Virus record (IMG/VR): IMGVR_UViG_3300047157_000105
Span: 1-64,000 of that record
Strand: one strand, 5' to 3'
Length of the DNA stretch: 64,000 bases
DNA from: a virus
The position numbers and the translations under genes were made by a program. A model generated the notes under the pieces. That model ran no database searches and was not told the DNA's origin. It saw only the letters and a program-made list of their open reading frames with translations. Below are positions 10,875 through 19,938 of this stretch, one piece after another (position 1 is the first letter of the stretch; every line of letters begins with the position of its first letter).

Positions 10875-11419
10875 TAGTACAAGTTATTACAGATGATTTA
10901 ATACCTGATCTGGAAGTCTTCTGCCAAAAAGCATGGAAATTAGGTTATACTAATAACTCTAGTCTTAAAGCAATGCGATATGATTGGTGTAAAGAGAATG
11001 GGGAATATTATTGTGCTATGCAAGACGATAGAATAATTGCTGTAGCTGGGTGTCATACATTACCGGAAGTAGGTGACGATGCCTGGAGAATATTATTTAG
11101 AGGATGTGAATTACCGGGAACATCACCTTATAAAGGATTAAACAAAGGTGATTGGAATAGTGTGACACAAAGAGATTTCATTCCTAAATTTATTGACTAT
11201 ATTCCATCTAAAAATTTATATATAAGTACAAATACAGATAATGAGCATTCTGGCAAAGCTTTGAGGAACCATAGACTTATGAATATACTCGCCAAACAAA
11301 AAGATGCGTATATAGATAATATGGGTGACATGGTATTATATGATACACAGCAAACAATATGGAAGCTAAATATAGATCAGTACCTGAATAGAAGGAGTAA
11401 ATTAAATGGAATGGTTTAA
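10871..11419 (+). CDS. GNAT-fold acyltransferase-like protein
   Basis: IIAVAGC...WRILFRGC..P pattern. Confidence 0.45.
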   Translation: MIVQVITDDLIPDLEVFCQKAWKLGYTNNSSLKAMRYDWCKENGEYYCAMQDDRIIAVAGCHTLPEVGDDAWRILFRGCELPGTSPYKGLNKGDWNSVTQRDFIPKFIDYIPSKNLYISTNTDNEHSGKALRNHRLMNILAKQKDAYIDNMGDMVLYDTQQTIWKLNIDQYLNRRSKLNGMV

Positions 11420-11663
11420 TTGGAATCATTTAAAAGAAGCACGAGAAAAAGCCGGAGGTAAAGGAGGCTATTGGTGGCATTTTAAGTTTGCAGCAATAGA
11501 AGCTGTATGGTTATTCTTTGCAGCTATTGGTTCTTTAATACATGCTATATTTCCTTTTCTTATTGATTTTAAATTACTAAAAGCAAGAGTTGCTAGGCTT
11601 AAATATCTTAAGTCAAAACTTCCACACGATCCTGATTTAAATAAGATACACTTTGATGATTAA
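11406..11663 (+). CDS. small membrane protein, DUF6356-like
   Basis: HL......GYWWHFKFA...LIHAIFPFL pattern. Confidence 0.55.
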   Translation: MEWFNWNHLKEAREKAGGKGGYWWHFKFAAIEAVWLFFAAIGSLIHAIFPFLIDFKLLKARVARLKYLKSKLPHDPDLNKIHFDD

Positions 11664-12495
11664 TACAATTGGTTATAAGAATGGTGAATACCTGCCACTA
11701 GAATATTGTGGACCAACAATACTAGATTTTGGATTTATTCATAATGATGCAACATATGATGTAATGCCTATATATGATGGTAAAGCATTCTGTTTAGATA
11801 GACACTTAAATAGATTTGTAGCTTCAGCTGAGTACTACAATCTTGAGTTACCGTATATACATTACTTAGGAATTGCTAGTGAGTTAATGGAAAGGAATCC
11901 AGGTATAAAAAATGGATTTATGTGGTTCATAGCATGGAGAGGTTATCCTGAATCTGGTCAACCAAGAGACATTAAAAATGCACCAGTTAATGTAGCAATG
12001 TATATAAAGCCAAGCTATCCTTTGACAGCAAAAGGTGGTGCAGTAAATGTACAATTATCGGATCAGCCTCGAGTACCTGACAATTATTATAACCAAAGGG
12101 CAAAAAACTTTTCTTGGATTGATTTGACAAGAGCTCAGTTAGGTAAATCAGATATGTTTGACACAGTTGTATTATTAGATCATACTCGTCATATAACAGA
12201 AGGCCCAGGATTTAATGTTGGATTTGTGTGGGAAGATATAGTATATACACCATTAAATAATTGTTTGCATGGCGTAACAATGAGTGTTGTCGAAGATATA
12301 TGTGATGATTCTCCAGGAATAACATTTGTTAGGAATCATTTAGAAGAAGATGTGTGGCATTATGCTGAAGAGATCTTTTTGGCATCATCATCTGGTGGTA
12401 TAACTGCAACACAAAGAACTGGAAAAATAACTGAATGGCTACAACGTGAATATATAGAGAGAACAAAACATTATGACTACACAACAGAACTATGA
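11653..12495 (+). CDS. PLP-dependent class IV aminotransferase (IlvE/PabC/D-AAT family)
   Basis: DFGF...ATYDV, HLNRF, RAKN (catalytic Lys), EGPGFNV, LHGVT, LASS. Confidence 0.85.
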   Translation: MMINTIGYKNGEYLPLEYCGPTILDFGFIHNDATYDVMPIYDGKAFCLDRHLNRFVASAEYYNLELPYIHYLGIASELMERNPGIKNGFMWFIAWRGYPESGQPRDIKNAPVNVAMYIKPSYPLTAKGGAVNVQLSDQPRVPDNYYNQRAKNFSWIDLTRAQLGKSDMFDTVVLLDHTRHITEGPGFNVGFVWEDIVYTPLNNCLHGVTMSVVEDICDDSPGITFVRNHLEEDVWHYAEEIFLASSSGGITATQRTGKITEWLQREYIERTKHYDYTTEL

Positions 12496-13509
12496 TTTAA
12501 AATTAGATTTTGATGATGTATTAATAAAACCTCGTAAATCAATTAAGCCTCTTACAAGGCAAAGTGTTAATATAGAAATACCTTGGTTAGATAAAACATC
12601 GCATCCTATTGTTATTGCAAATATGCCTTCAACAGGAACATATGAGATAGCAAAGCATATGACACCAATGAAAGTGTTTACATTTATTCATAAAGAATAT
12701 ACTGTAGAAGAGCACAAAATCAATTTAGCTATGATGAAAGATCGTAGTTACATTGCTATTACAAGCGGTGTGCAATCATGGGATATAGAAAGAACTATTG
12801 AAGTTATAAGTGAATTTAATGATGTCGGCATAATTAATGTTGATATAGCTAATGTCTATGCTAATGTTAGTGGAATGATTAAAGCTATTCAAACATATAG
12901 AAAACACTTTCCACATATTAAAATATCTGCTGGTAATATATGTGATAAAGATCTTATGGAAGAGTTAGTTAATGCCGGTGCAGATTATATTAAAGTTGGT
13001 GTAGGTTCAGGTGCTGCATGTATTACTCGAACAGAAGTTGGTGTGGGTATTCCACAGTTGAGTGCTGTATTAGAATGTCATGAAGAAGCACAAAAGCTTA
13101 GGATTGTAAAATAATATCTGATGGTGGATGTGTTACTTCAGGCGATGTAGCTAAAGCAATTGCTGCTGGTGCAGATATGGTTATGATTGCTGGTATGGTT
13201 TCTAGTTGTTATGAATGTAGTAATATGGTAGAGATTGATGGTCAACAATATGTAAATCTATATGGATTAGGTTCAACAAAACAATATAATATACATGGTG
13301 TAACTGAAAAGGAATATAGACCAAATGAAGGTAGAGATCTAATGATACCTGCAAAAGGTCATATCAAAGATATTATTAATCAAATACTTGGTGGATTAAG
13401 AAGTGTATGTACTTATGTGGGTGTATCTCACATTACACAGCTATCTTCTCATGCTGAGTTTATTAGAGTTAATAATACTCATAATAGAAGCTTAGAGAAA
13501 TATGGATAA
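12473..13509 (+). CDS. guaC: GMP reductase (one frameshift near 13100, probably sequencing error)
   Basis: LDFDDVLIKP, ANM, KVGVGSGAACITR..VGVGIPQLSAV; continues in another frame CKIISDGG..GDVAKAIAAGADMVM..EG..LGGLRSVCTYVG. Confidence 0.85.
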
Positions 13510-14215
13510 TTATTTACAACAGATTTTAAATCATAAACGATTTGGAATAGGTATTGTATCATCGGGAACAACAGGAGAACCAAAGCTTATATGGAGATCG
13601 CCTGATAATCTTCGTGCATGTAATGAAGTTGCTATACATGCTCAGCAATTAACTAGCAAATCTAAAGTATTAACGGTAACAAAAACCGATCATGCTGGTG
13701 GATTACTATTACAAACATTGCCGGCATATACCTTAGGGTGCAAAGTCATTGATGTAGAAAAGTTTAATGCATTTAATTTCTTAAAGAAGATAAAAGGATA
13801 CACACATACATTCCTAACACCTGAGCAAATGAAAGCTGTGATGATGACCAAAGGTTTTAAAGATTGTGACTTAAGTGGTATACGAATATTAGGTGGTAGT
13901 AATCCAGTTAGTTGGGAAATAATAGAAGCGTTTGTATCAAAGGGAGCACTTGTTCAACCTAATTGGGGTATGAGTGAAATTGGCCCGATGGTAATCAATA
14001 TTGAGATAGATAGTATAGAGCATATAGAATATTTAAAACAAAGAACGCCTAAAAGTTATACTATATTAGGTAATGCATATTGGTGTGATTGGAAAATAGT
14101 TGACCATGAGTTATATGTTAAAAGCGATATGTGTATTGAACCTGGGTGGTTTGCTACAGGAGATATCGTTGCTTTAGATATGGGTAAAAGAATGTATTAT
14201 AAGGGAAGAAAATAA
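13502..14215 (+). CDS. truncated adenylate-forming (ANL/AMP-binding) enzyme
   Basis: SSGTTGEPK P-loop, WGMSE, ATGD, KGR motifs within 237 aa. Confidence 0.75.
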   Translation: MDNYLQQILNHKRFGIGIVSSGTTGEPKLIWRSPDNLRACNEVAIHAQQLTSKSKVLTVTKTDHAGGLLLQTLPAYTLGCKVIDVEKFNAFNFLKKIKGYTHTFLTPEQMKAVMMTKGFKDCDLSGIRILGGSNPVSWEIIEAFVSKGALVQPNWGMSEIGPMVINIEIDSIEHIEYLKQRTPKSYTILGNAYWCDWKIVDHELYVKSDMCIEPGWFATGDIVALDMGKRMYYKGRK

Positions 14216-14796
14216 TGGAACCATACTTTAAACTTATTGAAGGCATAGACTTTACACCAAAGACACGACAAAAAATTGCAGATAATATTTTAGCAAACTG
14301 TGATAATTATTTTAGATCAGGAACTAAAGAAGATAAATTTGGTTTTAATGACTGGAATTGGTTTTGCCCTAGAGATTTAATGCCTAGAGATCTTATGGAT
14401 GAAGTAGGTAAACGATTTAAAATACCTGTAGCTTATGAACTGCTCGGGCAAACTCCATATACATATGGAAAGATTCATATAGACAAACAGATACCTACGA
14501 ATCCGCCTAGAGAGACACTTATTAACTTTCCTATATACCCCTTAAACAAAGATTTATTTTCTCCAACTAATTTTTTTGAGTTAGAAAGTGGAACTTATGA
14601 TGATTATGATAATGCAGTATTTAAATTAAAAGCTTCTGTAGATTATTCAATAGGATTACCTGTTATATTTAATTTACAAGAATTCCATAATGCAGTAAAT
14701 CCTGGCAGTGATTACAGATTTAGTTGTCAATTTACTACTGATATACCATTTCAAGAACTAGTTAATATATACAACCAGGGAGAATTATTTGTATAA
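14215..14796 (+). CDS. 2OG-Fe(II) oxygenase-like hypothetical protein
   Basis: IHID...LINFPI...FHNAVN...RFSCQF. Confidence 0.5.
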   Translation: MEPYFKLIEGIDFTPKTRQKIADNILANCDNYFRSGTKEDKFGFNDWNWFCPRDLMPRDLMDEVGKRFKIPVAYELLGQTPYTYGKIHIDKQIPTNPPRETLINFPIYPLNKDLFSPTNFFELESGTYDDYDNAVFKLKASVDYSIGLPVIFNLQEFHNAVNPGSDYRFSCQFTTDIPFQELVNIYNQGELFV

Positions 14797-14799
14797 ATA
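14792..14799 (+). promoter_or_regulatory. late promoter TATAAATA
   Basis: Exact consensus overlapping the upstream stop codon. Confidence 0.7.
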
Positions 14800-14802
14800 C
14801 AT

Positions 14803-14892
14803 TATATAGTTATTAAGTGAGTCATCTCACCTGGCTTCGGTCTGATAATAACGGGTGTTTACACCTGAGATGGCTCTCTTAATAGCTATATA
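14803..14892 (+). ncRNA. structured RNA candidate (26-bp closing stem with branched interior)
   Basis: 14803-14829 pairs with 14866-14892 with two G-U wobbles and one U-U mismatch; inner GGC-UUCG-GUC and GGUG-UUUA-CACC hairpins. Confidence 0.55.
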
Positions 14893-14909
14893 TAAAACAC
14901 AATACAATT

Positions 14910-15356
14910 ATGATTGAGAAGATATTAGCGGGCACATTAGCCCTTTCATTAGGTGGATGTAGTATGTTAGGCGGTTTCAACGCACTAGATCCCAAGAATT
15001 TAATAAAGACAGCAGCAACAACTGGTGTCACATACGTCATAGCAGGCCCTTTACCGGCAGCGGCCAATGCAGCGACATCTATAGCAGTTGATTCAGTATT
15101 ACCTGAAGATAAACCTGCAATAAGCGATATTGAAGCCGGGAACGAAGAACAATTGAGGGCATTTATGTTTGCAAATGTAACAGAAACCATACTATATGGT
15201 GCAATCGGATTTTTAATATTCACTAATGTTGTCGGTCCATGGGCTGCACAACGAAGAGCAAGAAGGAAAGCAGAACAAGCAGCAGTAGATCAGCGTAGGA
15301 AAGATAAGTATGACGCTATGAAGGCAGAGCTTGCGGCAAGAAGAAGTAAAGATTAA
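14910..15356 (+). CDS. lipoprotein with second TM segment (u-spanin-like topology)
   Basis: LSLGG-C lipobox; hydrophobic TILYGAIGFLIFTNVVGPW followed by basic QRRARRK. Confidence 0.5.
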   Translation: MIEKILAGTLALSLGGCSMLGGFNALDPKNLIKTAATTGVTYVIAGPLPAAANAATSIAVDSVLPEDKPAISDIEAGNEEQLRAFMFANVTETILYGAIGFLIFTNVVGPWAAQRRARRKAEQAAVDQRRKDKYDAMKAELAARRSKD

Positions 15357-15364
15357 GGAGCTAA

Positions 15365-15523
15365 ATGCAAAAGAAAACTAGTAGGAATATTAGTAAGTCA
15401 GTTCAATTAAAACATACAAAAGAAAAGTTACATGAGATGGGTCATGATAGATCACACAAGAAAGCTAATCTCGTGAAGAGCTTAAAAAATCTCATGAAAA
15501 GAAATAATCGAAAAGGAGAATAA
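15365..15523 (+). CDS. small basic hypothetical protein
   Basis: AAGGAG RBS, 52 aa ORF MQKKTSRN...RKGE. Confidence 0.5.
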   Translation: MQKKTSRNISKSVQLKHTKEKLHEMGHDRSHKKANLVKSLKNLMKRNNRKGE

Positions 15524-15524
15524 G

Positions 15525-16166
15525 ATGGGGTTTAATAGATTTTTAGAAAGAACTATTGCAAAATCACAACAATGTAATAGAAATTGGGATCTATCTAAGC
15601 AAATCCCAGATGAGGATATTAAAACAATGGAGCAGTCTGTCAAGCATTGCTCGTCTAAACAAAATCGTGTATTTTATAAAGTTCTGTATACACAAGATCG
15701 TGATAAGATTGAAAGAATACATGATGCTACAGATGGTTTTACCTATGGTTTAGATATGGAAAAAGATAAAGATGGGAATTTTTTATCGACCACTAACCCT
15801 CAAGTACTAGCAAATACATTATTTATTTTCGCAAAAGATAGAGATGAGAAAATAGATTATGCTAGAATAGCTGAAGAGAAAAATCTTGGTATAGAAGAAG
15901 GCAAAGACAAAATGGATGAAGACCGTTCAATTGGAATTGCTGCAGGATATTTAACTCTCACTTCTAATCTTTTAGGATATGAATCAGGTTGTTGCCAATG
16001 CTTTAATGAGGCTGATGTTAAAGATATATTAGGTATAGATGAAGATGTATTTTTACTAATGGGTGTAGGTTATGGTGATAAGACAAGATTGAGAAAAGAA
16101 CATCATACAGATCCTAGCTTTACATTTCCTTCATTTAAGAAAGATATAAAAGTACAAAGAGTATAA
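15525..16166 (+). CDS. nitroreductase family protein
   Basis: QQCNRNWD..K.IP, SSKQN, IGIAAGYLTL..NLLGYESGCC, LLMGVGY. Confidence 0.75.
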   Translation: MGFNRFLERTIAKSQQCNRNWDLSKQIPDEDIKTMEQSVKHCSSKQNRVFYKVLYTQDRDKIERIHDATDGFTYGLDMEKDKDGNFLSTTNPQVLANTLFIFAKDRDEKIDYARIAEEKNLGIEEGKDKMDEDRSIGIAAGYLTLTSNLLGYESGCCQCFNEADVKDILGIDEDVFLLMGVGYGDKTRLRKEHHTDPSFTFPSFKKDIKVQRV

Positions 16167-18008
16167 TTAAGGGACTAAGTTATATATTTCTATAACATCT
16201 TCCTTACCTTTCACTCTAATATCACCTATCTTATGAGATCGTATAATCATATCATCTGGCAATTGAGTCATTGTCATGGAGGAATAAATTGTTGGATATT
16301 GTAAATAATCTCCCCTTCCTGCTGTTGCTTCTAGTCTTGCTGCTAGATTAACAGCATCACCTATTACACTAAAATCAAATCGTGTAGAGCTACCCATATT
16401 ACCGATAATAGCTGGTCCAGTATTTACACCTGTACCAACGTTAATATCAGGTAAGCCTCTATCCTTATATCTTTGTTTTAGTTCTAATGTCTTTGCTTCT
16501 ATTTCAACAGCGGACTTCACCGCCATCTCAGCATGATTAGGCATATCTAATGGTGCACCAAACACAGCCATAATACAATCACCCATAAACTTATCAACCA
16601 TACCACCATTATTCAATATAATATTTGTCATCTCATCTAAGAACTCATTCACTAATACAACTAAACCTTCTGGGTCATCTTTGTTTTTATAATATTCTGA
16701 GATAGGTGTGAATCCAATAATGTCCATAAACAAATAAGACATATCTTTTCTTTCACCACCAAGCTTAAGTAAGTCAGGATTTTTCTGCAGTGCTTTGACT
16801 TGACGTGGATCTAAGTAGTGTTCAAACTGTTTCTTAATCTGTTGCTTCTGTCTAAACTCTAATATGAACCTATTAAACGTGGCATGGAATCCTACAATAA
16901 AGAATGTTAATAATGCCCATGTAATATCTACAAGAACTAATTGTGTGCTAAACATATGTTGGAAGTAATATATACCTCCACCGAATATACCTAATAATGA
17001 TACACCTATTATCCAATAAGGTGTAAATCGTGTAATAAGTATGATTAATATACCTAATACGAATCCAGCCAGTATCTCTATGAGGCTATCATATCTCTTT
17101 ATTGTTTCTCCATCTAATATTGTTTGGAGAGTTTGTGCAGATATAACATAATCATATTGTTCACCCACAGGTGTTGCAACAACTCCGCCTAATCCCTCTG
17201 CTGTCATAGCAACAATGACTGTTGTACCCGCAAGTGGCGTGAAGTCTTCAGACGCAGCACTCATTGTTTTAAATTCTTTATTCCATCTTACCCATACACG
17301 AGCATTCGTATCTGTATTAATTGTAGCATAAGCTGGAACTCTCATAGCCACAATACCAGTCTCATCTGCTTTGACTTGATATGATGGGTCACCTACAGCA
17401 ACACGAATAGTTTCTATTGCCATATTCGGATATACTTCCTCACCTATCTTCATAAGCAATGGAACTCGTCTAACTACACCATCAATCTCAGGAGCTGTAT
17501 TAATAACACCAACACCATTCGCACACTCAGCAAGTTTAGGTAATGGTCCAACCATACCATTCCACTCAAATAGATATGGTAACGGATCACCTATCTTTGC
17601 CACACCTCTCGGCACTGGATTAGATGTTCTCTTTTGTGCTGTACCTGTTTGGGCAATGACTGTGCCATACGTTAGTGTTTCACAGAATACATCATCACTA
17701 CCAAACCTATCTTCCTCACTAAACAATATAGGCATAACAATAATACCTGTTTCTGCATTCCTTAATTGAAGTATGAGGTTAGCAAGTACATCACGATCCC
17801 ACGGCCATTGGCCATGTTCTTCGATTGCTGCTTCATCGATGGTAACTATTGTAACTGCTTCAGAAGGAGTCTTCTCTTCATTTTGCAATACATAGTCAAA
17901 TGATTTAAGTCTGAGTATCTCTTTGACCCATGGATCTTGCAGACCGATATAGGTTAATGCTATAAGGGTAACAAATGCGATAGACCAATGTGATAATATT
18001 TTCTTCAT
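16167..18008 (-). CDS. CHASE2-domain class III adenylate cyclase
   Basis: N-terminal TM; IDE..IEEHGQWPW.R and DGVVRRVPL (CHASE2); 3 TMs; FMDIIGFT, DKFMGDCIMAVFG, GVNTG, FSVIGDAVNLAARLE. Start MKKILS at 18008. Confidence 0.92.
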   Translation of the reverse strand: MKKILSHWSIAFVTLIALTYIGLQDPWVKEILRLKSFDYVLQNEEKTPSEAVTIVTIDEAAIEEHGQWPWDRDVLANLILQLRNAETGIIVMPILFSEEDRFGSDDVFCETLTYGTVIAQTGTAQKRTSNPVPRGVAKIGDPLPYLFEWNGMVGPLPKLAECANGVGVINTAPEIDGVVRRVPLLMKIGEEVYPNMAIETIRVAVGDPSYQVKADETGIVAMRVPAYATINTDTNARVWVRWNKEFKTMSAASEDFTPLAGTTVIVAMTAEGLGGVVATPVGEQYDYVISAQTLQTILDGETIKRYDSLIEILAGFVLGILIILITRFTPYWIIGVSLLGIFGGGIYYFQHMFSTQLVLVDITWALLTFFIVGFHATFNRFILEFRQKQQIKKQFEHYLDPRQVKALQKNPDLLKLGGERKDMSYLFMDIIGFTPISEYYKNKDDPEGLVVLVNEFLDEMTNIILNNGGMVDKFMGDCIMAVFGAPLDMPNHAEMAVKSAVEIEAKTLELKQRYKDRGLPDINVGTGVNTGPAIIGNMGSSTRFDFSVIGDAVNLAARLEATAGRGDYLQYPTIYSSMTMTQLPDDMIIRSHKIGDIRVKGKEDVIEIYNLVP

Positions 18009-18013
18009 AAACC

Positions 18014-18021
18014 TATTTATA
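18014..18021 (-). promoter_or_regulatory. late promoter TATAAATA for the cyclase gene
   Basis: TATTTATA on + strand; minus strand reads TATAAATA-GGTTT-ATG. Confidence 0.7.
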
Positions 18022-18866
18022 TTAATTCTTGCGTGACTTGAACTGAGCAACCACTAGGATGTAGTGCATGTATTTGTTAAACTATATGATTGCGCTGTGC
18101 TATTATACTGTAATAAATCTAAATCTGTTGTATAAGCTACCAGTTAAATCTATTGTTGCGGTATGGTAGCATCTCCTTCTTTGCATAATGATTCTTCTCC
18201 ATTATCAGTTATATACTATAAGTTATATGATTTATCTTGCCATTGCCTTCTTGTTTAAAGAATATATCATTATTATCACCACCATAATGTATAAATTTTG
18301 CCTCATGGTCTGCATTACCTGTACCAGTTTCTTGTGACCGCCTTTAAATTTGTGTCACCACTATGAAGATCTAATTGACAGTGTGCCCACCATATTCTGC
18401 TGTAGCATAGAATCACATGTTGTATGAAGTTCGCATCAGCGTCAAATGTTTTACCTTGGCAAAAATGAACAGTATTATCATTAGTATTAATATGAAATCC
18501 TATTCGATTAGCATCTGATCCTGTAGTATTACAATATTGCTTCGATACTTTAAAGTATTACCTGAACCATCTAAGTCACCACCCCAAGATTGCCAGAACC
18601 CCAATGCCGTAGTATAACCCACACTAATGCATCTTCATTTCCCTCTTGGTCAATTGTAACTGTATTATCATCATGTGCTACCTTAGAAATTGTACTACAT
18701 TATCATCACCATCTTGGGTTATATCTATTGTTAGGTTATCGCTCGTACCAACTTGTGTAATGTATATTTCGTTATTGGCAAACACAGAACCAGCCATAAA
18801 AATTATTGGAATATATAATATTATTAATACTAATATGCTACTGACTTTGAATAATAGTGATTTCAC
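18017..18866 (-). pseudogene. curlin-repeat secreted protein, multiply frameshifted in this sequence (likely read errors)
   Basis: Signal peptide then NEIYITQVG..N..IDITQDGDDN; out-of-frame fragments DDNTVTIDQEGN, DLDGSGNTL, NDIFFKQEGNG, GCSVQVTQ. Confidence 0.65.
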
Positions 18867-19937
18867 TTTCTATTCCTCCTAATTCAAAATCTATTAACTC
18901 GAAATCCCCTTGTTGTATATTCATCATATAACTATTTTCTTGTTCAAGTCTTAATTCAACCACACTACCACTTGCAGCTTCTCTATGCCAATACCATTGT
19001 GGGTCTTCATCTAATATGGTAATGCCTGTGTCTTTATCTTTACCTAATGTAAAATCGTATGAACCTTTTTTCTTATCAAATTCAGAACGCATTTGTAATG
19101 CTAATTGACGATATTCAGTTGTTCTAGAATATCTGCTAAGAAATTCTGATCTAAGAAATCTGTATCAAGCATTGATACATACTCATCTTCTTCTATTTCT
19201 AAATAGTCTATTTCTAATTCTTCAAACTTTAGAAAGTCTATGTCAAGAGCAGTAGCAACTTTATTTAATTCTTCATTCTGCATTGCCTCTTCGATCTCGC
19301 GAGGTTTAGATATAATAAGTAAGTTATTAATGAATGCTTCTTCTAGATCTACAATCACAGGTTTTAATGGCCTCGAAGAAATAGTGTCCACAACGGTAGC
19401 CTGGAAGGCCTGATTCATAATAACCATGCCCGCATCGGATTCAACTGATATCTCACCTACAAAGCAGTTACCATTTGTATCACATGACGGCAGTAGAATA
19501 ATAGTAGAACTACCTACCTCGTCTATCGTCATTGAAAAATCTGTACCTCGAACACCGATAGTAGCTGTTGGTGTTTTTATTTGTACTGCAGTTGGGGTGG
19601 TCTTTGCAATCTGACCTGAAGCATATCTTACTGTACCAAGTGCTGCTTTTAGTGATAGCGACCCCTTCTTAGTATTTGGGTCATAAACAAATTCATCAAT
19701 AATAAGTTTGGAATGCTGTGTAACATCTACCCTCGTATCATCAATAAAGCCAATAGCGACTTTACCTTTACCAGTTTTAACAGTATCATACTGGAATATA
19801 TCTAAATCTTTTTCGGCATCAACATCTTCACCATCCGTTCTTTCAATATTGGCATTACCTTCATGTAAGATAACATCGCCAATTATACTAGCGAATGATG
19901 AAAATGTTAAACACCATAATATAACAAAAAGCCGCAC
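18838..19937 (-). CDS. FecR-domain periplasmic protein (frameshift near 19110)
   Basis: Signal peptide; D.VKTG.G...I.F.DDT, G.VRYASG, IKTPTATIGVRGTDF FecR motifs; 19101..19937 and 18838..19092 join across an indel. Confidence 0.8.
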
Positions 19938-19938
19938 A

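Noticed and set aside
14830-14865. Hammerhead ribozyme or tRNA in the structured element
   Set aside because: CUGAUAA is not followed by the GAAA/UH core; no cloverleaf or T-loop.
16167-18008. Pycsar/CBASS-type defence cyclase
   Set aside because: CHASE2-TM architecture and ATP-specifying residues; no adjacent cyclic-nucleotide effector gene.
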